Assembly: GCA_016185625.1 (NCBI GenBank)
Contig: JACPND010000033.1
Span: 1,496-65,495, forward strand
Reading direction: 5' to 3'
Length of the DNA stretch: 64,000 nt
Origin: Candidatus Woesearchaeota archaeon
Lineage (GTDB): Archaea; Nanobdellota; Nanobdellia; Woesearchaeales; GW2011-AR9
Shown in pieces: positions 37,261 through 47,244 of this stretch. The position numbers and the translations under genes are program-made. Under the pieces are notes generated by a model. The model made no database searches. It saw only the letters and a program-made list of their open reading frames with translations, and was not told the origin of the DNA. How positions within the stretch are numbered: the first letter of the stretch is position 1; each line of letters starts with the position of its first letter.

Positions 37261-37884
37261 ATGAATAAACGAAAATCTTTTGTTACATTTCTTCTTCTGT
37301 TATCTCTATTTTTATTATCCTGTATTCCTGAAAAATCCATCCAAAAAAAAACTATCGTCACCGATACTAATCAGTCATATGGTGAGGGTTCAGAAGAGGA
37401 ATATTATACAGATTTAGCCATGGTAGAAAGAAATCAAACACTCTGCACTAAGATTTTAAAGGAGAGTTCTAGAGATGCTTGTGTTAGCCGTGTGGCTATT
37501 GCGTTAGAGAGCACTTCTATTTGTCAGCAAGTGAATGATGTGTTTGTAAAAAACGATTGCGTCCTCGCAGCCAGTGCTAATTTACTCTGTATGAAAAAGC
37601 AGGAACAAGAAGAAAAAGACCTATGCTATATTGGCGCAGGGAGAGTTCGAAAAGATCTTTCAAGCTGCAATCGAATTGTAAATAACGACTATAAAGATTC
37701 GTGTATAGCTGTGGTGGCACGAGAAACTCAAAACATTCGTTTATGTGCAGAAATTAACACTAAAGAAAATAGTGATTGGTGCTATTTAGTGTTAGCGGAC
37801 GACACTCAAAATATTTCACTCTGTCAAAAAATCGTTGATATAGACCTTCGCCGCAGATGTTTAGGAATGCAAGAAATTTCTTGA
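37261..37884 (+). CDS. secreted/lipoprotein with tandem Cys-containing repeats
   Basis: Signal peptide plus lipobox-like LLSC; reiterated motif (S/N)(I/L)C..I....(D/N)xC(V/I/Y)...A roughly 8 times. Confidence 0.45.
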   Translation: MNKRKSFVTFLLLLSLFLLSCIPEKSIQKKTIVTDTNQSYGEGSEEEYYTDLAMVERNQTLCTKILKESSRDACVSRVAIALESTSICQQVNDVFVKNDCVLAASANLLCMKKQEQEEKDLCYIGAGRVRKDLSSCNRIVNNDYKDSCIAVVARETQNIRLCAEINTKENSDWCYLVLADDTQNISLCQKIVDIDLRRRCLGMQEIS

Positions 37885-37931
37885 CAAAGAGATTTTCCAA
37901 GCCATAGCGACAAGTTTCATTCGTTCTAATT

Positions 37932-38159
37932 CTACCTTTCCTGTACTTTCCTCCTCACCGATTCGACGCGAGGAACCGTTTTAAACAGAAAATCGTGCCC
38001 CGATCCCTCAAATTCGACTTTGATCCAGTTCTCTTTTCCGCAGTCACAGGGGATATTCTTATAATGCTGCCCCGCATCCCAGGAAGAATTCCATTCCGCC
38101 AACTCCTTGCGGCAATACAGACATCTATTGTCTCGGAACTCATAAGGTATATGCTCCAT
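37932..38159 (-). CDS. small zinc-ribbon protein (hypothetical)
   Basis: CLYCRKE...CDCGKENW four-Cys arrangement; start at the internal Met of the 129-aa ORF. Confidence 0.35.
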   Translation of the reverse strand: MEHIPYEFRDNRCLYCRKELAEWNSSWDAGQHYKNIPCDCGKENWIKVEFEGSGHDFLFKTVPRVESVRRKVQER

Positions 38160-38205
38160 ATAGGAACAGAAACAGAGAATGTTTAAATAGGTTACGAAAT
38201 GATGA

Positions 38206-38817
38206 TTGGGCATGGAATTACTTTTAACCTCAACAGGACTGGCAAATGAAATAATCAGAGACCAATTTCTCAAACTAATTAGGAAAGCAGTTTCCACCAT
38301 CAAAGTCATCTTTATCCCCACTGCTTCCAGAACTAAAGAAAAATTAAATTACGTTCAAGAAGCAAAACAAGAACTCCTTGATCTGGGTGTTCTGCGTAAA
38401 AACATTAAAACTGTAAATCTGGATACAAAAGTAAATTACGCTGAAGTGAAAAACTATGATGTGATCTATGTTTGTGGAGGAAATACGTTCTTTTTGCTGA
38501 AAAAGGTAAGAGAGACAGGTTTTGATAAAATTATTGCCAAATTTGTCCACGAGAATAAATTATATTTTGGTGTAAGCGCCGGAAGTATTATCGTTTGTCC
38601 AAACATAGAAATAGCCAGCCTGGGAGACGAGAATGATGTTGGGCTTAAAGATTTGACGGGGCTGGGATTAGTTGATGTCGTGGTTTCTCCACAGTATAAT
38701 ATCAAAGAAAAATCGTATTTGTTTAGCATCGTAAGGTCAAAATCCCATCCCTATCAACTGCGAGAGCCGCAGGGGGACTTGCCCCATCCGGGGATGCGGC
38801 TCCAGCGATATTTATAG
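38206..38817 (+). CDS. peptidase S51 (dipeptidase E-like) class-I glutamine-amidotransferase-fold protein
   Basis: VIYVCGGNTFFLLKKVRETGFDKII...YFGVSAGSIIVCPNIE (Ser-His-Glu S51 arrangement). Confidence 0.6.
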   Translation: MGMELLLTSTGLANEIIRDQFLKLIRKAVSTIKVIFIPTASRTKEKLNYVQEAKQELLDLGVLRKNIKTVNLDTKVNYAEVKNYDVIYVCGGNTFFLLKKVRETGFDKIIAKFVHENKLYFGVSAGSIIVCPNIEIASLGDENDVGLKDLTGLGLVDVVVSPQYNIKEKSYLFSIVRSKSHPYQLREPQGDLPHPGMRLQRYL

Positions 38818-38962
38818 ACGAGGATTTTGAAGATGCTAAACAAATACGAAAAATCAATAATTGAGAAATTCAAGCAAAAATCTAAAATACCCCTAATTAC
38901 TATAACTGATAATCAGGCTTTGCTCGTTACAGATAGTGACAAGAAATTGATGGAGGCATGAC

Positions 38963-39871
38963 ATGAAATATTACTTGACCACGCTCTTCGGCTGCCAGAT
39001 TCTGGATGAGAAACTGCAGATCATCGAAACCATCCCTCTTTCCGATTGGAGCAAGCGCGAGCAGGCAGAAGAGAAAGCCCGGAAAAAAGCCAGCCCGCTT
39101 CCTCCAGAAAAAATTCCAGAAGCTTTGGCCTTATTCAAAAATAAAAAGTATTTCCGAGACTTTTACCAGAAGAATCTGGAACTGACCAAAAAAGCGATCA
39201 AAAATGCAATCGCCGAAGATCAGTTGATTATCCAGGCCAGCGCCAATATGAATGAATTGGATAAAGTAGCGAATCTTCTCAGCAAGCGCCTGCAGGAATG
39301 GTACAGCTTATACTTCCCGGAACTGTTGGAAAAAATCAATTCGCCGGAAGGATATGCCAAACTGGTGACGGGAAAAACCAAAGCGCAATCACTTCAAGAG
39401 CTGGGATTGACAGAAACGATGGGCGCTGATCTTGATAAAATCCATGTGGATGAAATATTGCGGTTGGCTGAGCAGATAACGCAGCTCTATCATCTCCGCC
39501 GGCATCACGAAGAGTATTTGCAAAGGGTCATGCTAAAATACTGCCCTAATCTGCTGGAATTAGCCGGCGTGAGCATCGGCGCAGGATTGATCGAGTTAGG
39601 GCGAAGCTTGAAGCGCTTGGCGCTGCTGCCGGCATCAACTATCCAATTATTGGGAGCGGAGAAAGCGCTCTTTCGTCATATCACGACCGGCGCAAGAAGC
39701 CCCAAACATGGGATAATTTTTGCCCATCTTTTGGTGCAGAAAGCCAAAAACAAAGGGCGCGTGGCGAGAATATTGGCGGATAAATTGTCGTTGTGCGCGC
39801 GGCTGGATTATTTTAAAGGAGAGTTCAAGGCGAAGGAGTACAGGAAGGAATTGGAAGGGAAATTGAAATAG
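38963..39871 (+). CDS. nop5: box C/D snoRNP protein Nop5 (Nop56/58), compact form
   Basis: NOP domain (AGVSIGAGLIELGRSLKRLALLPASTIQLLGAEKALFRHITTGARSPKHGIIFAH). Confidence 0.8.
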   Translation: MKYYLTTLFGCQILDEKLQIIETIPLSDWSKREQAEEKARKKASPLPPEKIPEALALFKNKKYFRDFYQKNLELTKKAIKNAIAEDQLIIQASANMNELDKVANLLSKRLQEWYSLYFPELLEKINSPEGYAKLVTGKTKAQSLQELGLTETMGADLDKIHVDEILRLAEQITQLYHLRRHHEEYLQRVMLKYCPNLLELAGVSIGAGLIELGRSLKRLALLPASTIQLLGAEKALFRHITTGARSPKHGIIFAHLLVQKAKNKGRVARILADKLSLCARLDYFKGEFKAKEYRKELEGKLK

Positions 39872-39971
39872 TGCCCTACCTATCTTGTTCCCACCTTGGT
39901 TCACAAATACCTAAAATTAGGGAATAATCCCTAAAAATAGGGAAATATTTATAAATTATCTCCCCCCTCAG

Positions 39972-40898
39972 GTGTACATGACTAAGCTACTATCATTAAC
40001 TGCCTCCAAACTGCTTCGGGTTCTGCTGGAAAACCCTTTAAAAGAATTTAAAGAGATTGAACTCATCAACACTGCAAAAATTGGCAAAGGGGCAGGAGCA
40101 GAACACATCAAAACTCTGATTGGCGAAGGAATAGTGCTAGAGCAAAGAGTGGGAAAAGCCAGAATAGTCTCTCTCAACTTAAAATCTCTCCTCTTCTTTT
40201 TTCTTAAAAATATGCTTGACCGGCAGAAAGTAAACCTTCTTTCAAAATCAAGATTGGCAGCAGTGTCGATGTTCAAACGAGAAGTGCAACAACATACGTC
40301 CTTGCTCATTCTGTTTGGCTCTACCATCGCTGGAACAGCAACGGCTCACAGCGATATTGATATATTAGTAATAAGCAAAAGTCACTCTATAATCCACGCT
40401 GCCCGTACCAAAACAGAAGGCGCATTTGGTGAAAGATTAAATCTCCATGTTTATCGTTTGCAAGATATACGGTCGAAAATTACAGACGATCCCTTTCTCA
40501 GAAATGTCCTACTACAAGGGGTAATTTTAATGGGATACGATGCCGCCACAAACCTCTTTCACCTATTAGCAAAAAACGAAAGAAAAAATTTCCAGCGAAT
40601 AGATTATTTTAAGGAAAGAATAGCCGCAGCCAAACGCAATTATGTCCGTAAAGATTATGGCGCTGCTCAGGAAATAATAAGTCATTTACAAGAACAGCTG
40701 ATCTTCTATATATTGGCTGACCAAAAAATACCGTATCAAAGTAAAAAAGATGCTGTACAAGCAATACAAAAACTACCAGAAGGAGAATTGTTGAGTAAGG
40801 TAAAGAGAGCATCTTTAAATGAAAAGATTGATAAATTGGAGGAGTTCATAAGAGAAATGTTGATAAGAATAACCCTAGAGGAAGAATATGGATTCTAA
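39972..40898 (+). CDS. minimal nucleotidyltransferase (MNT, Pol-beta superfamily) with N-terminal wHTH and C-terminal helical extension
   Basis: LILFGSTIAGTATAHSDIDILVIS (GS..x..DxD NTase motif); 4-bp overlap with downstream HEPN gene. Confidence 0.75.
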   Translation: MYMTKLLSLTASKLLRVLLENPLKEFKEIELINTAKIGKGAGAEHIKTLIGEGIVLEQRVGKARIVSLNLKSLLFFFLKNMLDRQKVNLLSKSRLAAVSMFKREVQQHTSLLILFGSTIAGTATAHSDIDILVISKSHSIIHAARTKTEGAFGERLNLHVYRLQDIRSKITDDPFLRNVLLQGVILMGYDAATNLFHLLAKNERKNFQRIDYFKERIAAAKRNYVRKDYGAAQEIISHLQEQLIFYILADQKIPYQSKKDAVQAIQKLPEGELLSKVKRASLNEKIDKLEEFIREMLIRITLEEEYGF

Positions 40899-41271
40899 GC
40901 AGCAAATAAAGGAAGATTTAGAAAGGGCTGAAAAAGCATTGCAATCTGCAGAAAGGAATTTTGATGAGAAAGATATGTTTACTTCTGCCAATAGGCTTTT
41001 TGTGGCTTGTGAAAGCGCTATTTATGCTCTATTAAAATTAAAATACGGCTCTATTTCTATGAGCCGGGAACGGATTTTAACTAGACTAAAAGATGTCGAC
41101 GCGCACATGAAAGAAATTTATGACCTAAGTTATGATTTGCGGGTACAGGCGGATTATGGAAGGCAATCAAAAATAAAGCCTTTGACAGAGCAGAATGTGA
41201 AATTTATTTTAAATGAAGTCACTCAAATTATCCAAAAGGTTAAAGATATCATTGAAACATCAATGCCATGA
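40888..41271 (+). CDS. HEPN-domain protein (putative RNase toxin partner of MNT)
   Basis: All-helical 127 aa; R-x6-H motif RLKDVDAH in the expected C-terminal third. Confidence 0.65.
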   Translation: MDSKQQIKEDLERAEKALQSAERNFDEKDMFTSANRLFVACESAIYALLKLKYGSISMSRERILTRLKDVDAHMKEIYDLSYDLRVQADYGRQSKIKPLTEQNVKFILNEVTQIIQKVKDIIETSMP

Positions 41272-41939
41272 TCAAAATAACCACCCACAAGATCTTTGAA
41301 CTCTACACCGATGGAAAGAGATTGTACACCAAAAGCATCCTGCCAGGGAAAGCGCATTTTGAAGAGCGCTTGATTCATCAGGGCATGGATGAATACCGTG
41401 AATTCGATCCGCGGCGCAGCAAACTGGCCGCAACGATCATGAAAGGCTGTACCAATGCCGGAATCCGGAAGAACGATGTGGTATTATATCTGGGCGTGTC
41501 ACATGGATATACGGCATCATTTGTTTCAGACATCGTGGGAAAAGATGGATTGATATTCGGCATCGATCCGGCGTTCCGCGTGATGCGCGATTTAATCTTT
41601 CTTTCTGCCCATCGCCAGAACCTTGTGCCGCTCTTGGCAGACGCTAACCATCCGGAAGAGTATGCCGGAAGAGTCTGTCAGGCAGATGTTGTCTATCAGG
41701 ATATTTCCCAGCGCAATCAGGCAGATATTTTCATCCGTAACTGTACGATGTTCCTGAAGAAAGGCGGTTATGGATTATTGGCCGTCAAAGCGAGAAGCAT
41801 TGACATCAGGCGCAAGCCGCGACAGATATTTGAAGAAGTGCGGAAGATGCTGGAAAAGGAATTCACCGTGATTGATTTTCGGATTTTAGAACCGTATGAG
41901 AAGGATCATTGCATGATTATTGTGAAGAAAGGGAATTGA
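41268..41939 (+). CDS. flpA: fibrillarin, rRNA/tRNA 2'-O-methyltransferase
   Basis: LYLGVSHGYTASFVSDIVG (SAM motif I), full fibrillarin collinearity. Confidence 0.9.
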   Translation: MIKITTHKIFELYTDGKRLYTKSILPGKAHFEERLIHQGMDEYREFDPRRSKLAATIMKGCTNAGIRKNDVVLYLGVSHGYTASFVSDIVGKDGLIFGIDPAFRVMRDLIFLSAHRQNLVPLLADANHPEEYAGRVCQADVVYQDISQRNQADIFIRNCTMFLKKGGYGLLAVKARSIDIRRKPRQIFEEVRKMLEKEFTVIDFRILEPYEKDHCMIIVKKGN

Positions 41940-42029
41940 GTGGCAGATAAATTTATGAGCTATTTTTGGTATAAAATGCAGAATATTTATACTGAATCTT
42001 TATAAACTATTACTTATTTCTTTGTTATC

Positions 42030-42518
42030 ATGGTTGATAGTGATGTCCAACGTGCGTATGATCAAGTGAAATTTACCCTGTTTGATAAAAGTGGGGGGCT
42101 CATTCCAAAAATAGAGAGTGAACGCTGGAGAAAAATAAAAGTGCGAGATGTTCTTAGCGGATTTGAGAATGTGGACGAAAACCTAACGATGCTCTTTAAG
42201 GAAGTAGAGAAAGTGTGGGTAAAGGTGGAGGCTGAAGCTAAAAGGACCAGAAAGGTACTAAGCCTTAAAGGAACACGAAACACCTTGGCCGAGGTGGAAG
42301 TAAGAATCAAAGGGATCAGAAACGCATTGGAACAGTCGAAGAAGATAGTGGAACGCTATGATGTTTCACAACCTTATTCTTATATGAAGGATGTAGCTTT
42401 GGTAAATACAAAGCACCAACCCGAGGAACTCTTTCCGGCTGCCGCTCATTGGACGAGGAATCATTTTCCCTATATTTACACCGCCTTGCAGCAAGCGAAC
42501 TTGATCAAGAGAGAATAA
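42030..42518 (+). CDS. hypothetical protein (162 aa)
   Basis: ORF track with AT-rich promoter-like region upstream; no motif. Confidence 0.35.
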   Translation: MVDSDVQRAYDQVKFTLFDKSGGLIPKIESERWRKIKVRDVLSGFENVDENLTMLFKEVEKVWVKVEAEAKRTRKVLSLKGTRNTLAEVEVRIKGIRNALEQSKKIVERYDVSQPYSYMKDVALVNTKHQPEELFPAAAHWTRNHFPYIYTALQQANLIKRE

Positions 42519-42566
42519 ATTCTTTTGCAGTAAACCTTTTTATACTTCATCGTTTTAATCTGATGC

Positions 42567-42830
42567 ATGACCCTCGTCAACGAAGCAGCCTATATCTACG
42601 TCTACTCCAAGAAACTGCGCTCCTTGCACGGTGATGTTATAGACCTACAGAAAGATGCTAGGGGATATCACGAGAAATTTATTTCCACCAAAAACGAAAA
42701 ATTCAAACAAAAATATGATTATGCCCTAAAAAAGATGAAAGAACGCCTGCAGGAATATCATGTGGTTTTAGCGAAAATCAACCATCATCAGATCGCCTTT
42801 GCCGGACAGTTGCAGAAGATGAGGGTGTGA
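42567..42830 (+). CDS. hypothetical coiled-coil protein (87 aa)
   Basis: ORF track; overlaps next gene by ATGA. Confidence 0.3.
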   Translation: MTLVNEAAYIYVYSKKLRSLHGDVIDLQKDARGYHEKFISTKNEKFKQKYDYALKKMKERLQEYHVVLAKINHHQIAFAGQLQKMRV

Positions 42831-43087
42831 TGAAAAAGAAAGAGAGCATCATACCAGAACTAACGCTTGGAAAATACCGGCATTACAAAGGCCATTTCTA
42901 CGAAGTCGTCGGTGTCGCCCGGCACAGCGAAACACGGGAAGAATTGGTTGTTTATCGCGCTCTGCATGATTCTACAGAATTCGGAAAAAAGGCGTCATGG
43001 GTCAGGCCGAAAGCCATGTTTTTAGAGAGAGTGGTGGTGGATGGCAAAGAAGTTCCTCGTTTTACGTATGTGGAATTGGTCAAGTAA
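42827..43087 (+). CDS. DUF1653-family protein
   Basis: GKYRHYKGHFYEVVGVARHSETREELVVYRALHD...WVRPKAMFLE matches DUF1653 signature. Confidence 0.6.
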   Translation: MMKKKESIIPELTLGKYRHYKGHFYEVVGVARHSETREELVVYRALHDSTEFGKKASWVRPKAMFLERVVVDGKEVPRFTYVELVK

Positions 43088-43112
43088 AAAAAACTTACAT
43101 TTGAAAAATCAT

Positions 43113-43346
43113 TTATTCCTTCTTCTTTATCTGTATAATACTCACCGGACAGACATCTGCCGCTTCCTGATTTGATGCACGTTCAGCTTCCGTCTCAATA
43201 TCCCGTTCCCAATGGTCATCGACCTGTTTTGCGCCTTTGAGCTGCGCCAATCCCTGCTCTTCCATCTCCCAGAAATCAGGAGAGACGGCTGCACACGCGC
43301 CGCAGCTGATACAGTCTTTCTTAATGTGAACAATTGTGTGTGTCAT
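43113..43346 (-). CDS. small single-cluster 4Fe-4S ferredoxin
   Basis: CISCGACAAVSP ... CPVSII (Fer4_13-like). Confidence 0.7.
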   Translation of the reverse strand: MTHTIVHIKKDCISCGACAAVSPDFWEMEEQGLAQLKGAKQVDDHWERDIETEAERASNQEAADVCPVSIIQIKKKE

Positions 43347-43445
43347 CAGTACTGCGAAAAGTGGCAGATTTATAAGATTTGTGCAGGAGGCGGACCAACT
43401 CTCCCCACCAAAAAGCTTATATAAACAGTTTTATTTATCTCCATC

Positions 43446-44393
43446 ATGAAAAAGAGAGGATTGTTTTTACTGTTAGCGGTAGTTCTTATTCTCCTTGTTT
43501 CCTGCCAGCGCGTGCCGCAAGGACAGCAGCCACTGGAAACCGCCGCCGCATTAAAACTGGTCCAATCTGGCACGCAGGGTGTGGAAATTTTGACGCTCGC
43601 TAATTATCCTCCTGCTTTGGTCTACGATCAAAATGAGTTAGTGACCATCGTCGAAGTCAAAAACAAAGGCAACCATGATCTTACTCAGCAGGACTGTTTC
43701 GTGCAGATAACTGGCTTCGACCCCAACATCATCCGCGGCGGATTTAACATCCCCCGTTCCTGTGCAGAAAATGTCAATATCTTGGAAGGAAAAAATGTCT
43801 ACAATGTCGAAGGGAGCTCCAATCAACTGGAATTCCGTGCTCCGACGGTGAACTTACCGTCCGGCGTGTTTGAATACAATCCGGTATTGAATTTTGTTAC
43901 CTGTTATAATTATCATACTACGGCCAGCCCTTCGGTCTGCGTCGATCCTTTATTTTATCAAGTGACTTCACAGCAAAAGACCTGTCTGCCTCATAATGTG
44001 GGTACGGGCGGCGGCCAGGGCGCTCCGGTGGGTATCAGTTATGTTGGCGTGAACATGGTCGGCAGCAAAGCCATTTTTGAACTGAATGTCGTTAATTATG
44101 GAACGGGACGTGTCCTGAGTCCGTATGCCGGCATCCAGAACTGCGGTGAAGCTTCAGTATCGTATACTGACCTCGATAAAGTAGGATATAAAGTCCAGTT
44201 GAGCGGCGGAAGCCTGATCGACTGCAAGCCGAGAGACGGCTTTGTCCGCTTAGTGAACAACCAGGGAAAGATTGTCTGCCAGTTCAGCATTCCCGGCGCC
44301 TCGGCTTACGAAACGCCTTTGTTAGTTGATTTGGATTACAGCTATATCCAATCATATCAGAAGCCGGTGAAGATTATCAAGACACCGGAGTAA
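43446..44393 (+). CDS. secreted Cys-containing lipoprotein (hypothetical)
   Basis: Signal peptide with LVSC lipobox; ~10 Cys, beta-rich. Confidence 0.45.
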   Translation: MKKRGLFLLLAVVLILLVSCQRVPQGQQPLETAAALKLVQSGTQGVEILTLANYPPALVYDQNELVTIVEVKNKGNHDLTQQDCFVQITGFDPNIIRGGFNIPRSCAENVNILEGKNVYNVEGSSNQLEFRAPTVNLPSGVFEYNPVLNFVTCYNYHTTASPSVCVDPLFYQVTSQQKTCLPHNVGTGGGQGAPVGISYVGVNMVGSKAIFELNVVNYGTGRVLSPYAGIQNCGEASVSYTDLDKVGYKVQLSGGSLIDCKPRDGFVRLVNNQGKIVCQFSIPGASAYETPLLVDLDYSYIQSYQKPVKIIKTPE

Positions 44394-44410
44394 GAGTAAA
44401 TAATGAGACT

Positions 44411-45352
44411 ATGCTCTGGGCAAATCTTCTTTTTTTTGGAATGGCAACGGCCATTTTATTTTTTTCCGGCATTCGACTAGTAAAAAGTTTAGTGGTACTA
44501 TCACGACACTTCCGTGTCCAAGAGTTCACCATTGGATTTATCGTCATGGCCGTGGCTACTTCGCTTCCTGAGCTCTTTGTAGGAATAGCCGCGGCATTTC
44601 AGAAGAATACATCGCTGGCTCTGGGAAACGTGATCGGCTCAAATATTGTTGATCTGACACTCATTGCCGGTATCGGTATTGTGCTGGTGCGTAGTTATCC
44701 CATTAAAACCCAGGAAACCAAGAGAGACGCTTTTTTTATGGTGGGCATGGCTCTGCTTCCTTTAGTCTTAATGTTTATCGGCGGACAAATTTCACGTCTT
44801 GATGGCGCAGTTCTGATAGTTGGTTTCGTAGGGTATATTTATCACCTGCTCCGCCGCCGCCGATATTATCCCAAAAAGTTCGTTTCGCCAGGGAAGAAAC
44901 GTATGGTCTGGCACGCCTTTCTTTCACTTGCCAGCCTGGCCGGGCTCATGCTTGGTGCGCACTATGTTGTTAAGTATGGAACATTTCTGGCTGCTGAATT
45001 TGGCTTCTCTTCACTATTGCTGGGCTTGTTCATGATTGCCCTGGCCACGTCGCTGCCGGAACTGGTGTTTGAGACAACGGCTATTCTCAAAAGACATGCT
45101 GAGTTGGCGCTCGGCGATCTGATTGGTTCGGTGATTGTGAATTCCTCTCTCGTTCTGGGAGTGACGGCATTGATCTACCCTATTTCTGCAGATTATCTGT
45201 TGGCGTTGAGTACGGGGGTGTTTATGCTGCTGGTCTGTTTCGTATTTGCGACGTTTATTGAACTGGGTCAAAAGCTCCACTGGAAGCAGGGAATCACGCT
45301 GATCTTCTTATATATCTTTTTTGTGATTTTGGAACTTTTCATAAAGCCGTGA
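44411..45352 (+). CDS. Na+/Ca2+ exchanger (CaCA/YrbG family)
   Basis: Two alpha-repeats GNVIGSNIVDLTLIAG and GDLIGSVIVNSSLVLG. Confidence 0.85.
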   Translation: MLWANLLFFGMATAILFFSGIRLVKSLVVLSRHFRVQEFTIGFIVMAVATSLPELFVGIAAAFQKNTSLALGNVIGSNIVDLTLIAGIGIVLVRSYPIKTQETKRDAFFMVGMALLPLVLMFIGGQISRLDGAVLIVGFVGYIYHLLRRRRYYPKKFVSPGKKRMVWHAFLSLASLAGLMLGAHYVVKYGTFLAAEFGFSSLLLGLFMIALATSLPELVFETTAILKRHAELALGDLIGSVIVNSSLVLGVTALIYPISADYLLALSTGVFMLLVCFVFATFIELGQKLHWKQGITLIFLYIFFVILELFIKP

Positions 45353-45363
45353 GGTGTTGATTT

Positions 45364-45567
45364 CAATTGATGGTGTGAAGGACTCAGGTATAGTAGCTTA
45401 TTTTCTACTTATTCAGAGCTGAACCGGGTCAAACCTGTGGAAAACCTGCTTTGTTTATTCTCGACGGTTTTCCATTCTGTTCCTGTAAAAAGGCGTAGCA
45501 GGTTTGACAACAATCTGGCCAAGCTCCTCTTTTTCACTTCAGAAAGAGAGTTCTACTACCATCAATT
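45364..45567. mobile_element. palindromic MITE-like element, family C
   Basis: 10-bp TIR AATTGATGGT/ACCATCAATT; nested stems GGTATAGTAG/CTACTACC, GTCAAACCTG/CAGGTTTGAC, TGGAAAACC/GGTTTTCCA. Confidence 0.4.
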
Positions 45568-46157
45568 ATGAACTTTGTAATCCGTATGTTTTGATTATGG
45601 TGATCTTCCAAAACTATTTGCACAGGTGGACAATAAAAGGGGGAACCTTGATGAACAAGAATTCGTAGCTATCGTAAGTTTAATTGTTGGAGCGGACGCT
45701 TCCTATTTATTTCAAAAAGCTGGAGTAATTTAAAACACTTCTGAAATAAGCTGATACGTAACATTTCATGAGAAAATCTTATATAATCCTCTTCAAACTG
45801 GTTCGCTGATGCAAGAAATTCCCTCAGAATACCCCGGACAGTATGTTGCACTCATAGTGATTGTGAATTATTTTCGAACATTTGTGCACTTTCCTATACT
45901 AATAAGCAGATGTGTAGAATAATGTTTGACACATTAGCTATACCAAAGGACATAAATAATTCAAGTCACTTCGTTCGTGAGTTGCCTGATGGCAACTATA
46001 CAAAAGTTATGTCCTTTGTATATAGCAACTGTTAATAATTGTCTAAACACGAGAAATTGGCGTGCAATTTCTGTGCCCAAAAGTGTATCCAAATAAAATG
46101 CTCACCTTTAAGTACATGCCCACAAAAAAGAAGCAGACAGTCACTGGATAACCTATT

Positions 46158-47087
46158 ATGAAAGCCCCTGAAATCGTCGGCATCGAACCGCAGAACTGGT
46201 TCAACAGCAGGCCGCTTACCCTGAAACAGCTTCGCGGAAAAATAGTGCTTTTAGACTTCTGGACCTATTCCTGCATCAATTGCCTGCGGACACTTCCGGC
46301 ATTAAAAGAGATGTGGCGAAAGTACCAGGATAAAGATGTTGTCATTATCGGCATCCATACGCCGGAATTTGAATTTGAGAGAGACCTCAGCAATGTCCGC
46401 AAAGCCGTCAAGAAGCAGGGCTTAGAATATCCGATAGCCAGCGATCCGGAACGATTTAACTGGGATAATTATGGGAATCAATATTGGCCGAGAGCCGCGT
46501 TGATCAGCGCTGACGGGGAAATCATTATGGAGCATGTCGGCGAATCCGGCTACGACGAGATCGAGCAGAAAATTATTGCCGAATTGAAAAAGATGGGAAA
46601 ATTGAACTCAGGAACACCGCTGCACGAAGAAAAACACTATCATCATCCCGAAATCTCACCAGAGATCTATGCCGGCAGTTCCCGCAACGAGGGATTAGGT
46701 TCACGGCAGGTCTGCACGGCCAAAGGCTGTGAGGAATATTACGATCCAGGCAAGCATCGGAGAAATGTGATCTACTTGCAGGGCGACTGGAAGCAGTATG
46801 CAGAATATTTGGAATTTAGGGAAGAGAAAGGGTATATTCTCCTGCCGTATTTTGCCCGGGAAGTGAAGGTCGTTCTTTCGGGAACGGGATTGGCGGAAGT
46901 GTTATGGAACGACAAACCACTCGGCAAATACGCCGGAAAGGACATCGCAATGAAGAACAATAAAAGTTACGTCAAGATTGACGGTTCAGATCTGTATCAT
47001 CTGATTCAAAATGAGGAATTTCAGGAAGGCATAGTGAAGATCATTCCCTTTTCCAGGATGAAAGTGTATGCGTTTACTTTTGGGTGA
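46158..47087 (+). CDS. thioredoxin-fold thiol-disulfide oxidoreductase (TlpA/redoxin-like) with extra C-terminal domain
   Basis: WTYSCINCLRT CxxC active site in redoxin fold; ~150-aa C-terminal domain of unknown function. Confidence 0.7.
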   Translation: MKAPEIVGIEPQNWFNSRPLTLKQLRGKIVLLDFWTYSCINCLRTLPALKEMWRKYQDKDVVIIGIHTPEFEFERDLSNVRKAVKKQGLEYPIASDPERFNWDNYGNQYWPRAALISADGEIIMEHVGESGYDEIEQKIIAELKKMGKLNSGTPLHEEKHYHHPEISPEIYAGSSRNEGLGSRQVCTAKGCEEYYDPGKHRRNVIYLQGDWKQYAEYLEFREEKGYILLPYFAREVKVVLSGTGLAEVLWNDKPLGKYAGKDIAMKNNKSYVKIDGSDLYHLIQNEEFQEGIVKIIPFSRMKVYAFTFG

Positions 47088-47244
47088 GGATGAGGGCGGA
47101 TAAAGTGGGTTATACAACATCTTACTTGCCCCGCTTTTGATGTAAAAATTCTACCAAGTACCCCGTTGTTTAGTGCAGATAATTCCTTCATTTTTTGATT
47201 GCTGCAATGCACTTATAAGTAATTTTTTCGCTTCAGGCGTTAAA

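Noticed and set aside
42030-42830. Possibility that ORFs 42030..42518 and 42567..42830 are one frameshifted gene (same frame)
   Set aside because: Three in-frame stops (TAA, TAA, TGA) lie in the 48-nt spacer. Treated as separate genes.
45364-45567. Palindromic element C as an SRP/7S or other structured ncRNA
   Set aside because: It lacks conserved SRP helix-8 motifs. Nested perfect stems along the whole length plus terminal inverted repeats fit a MITE better. Kept as a mobile element with low confidence.
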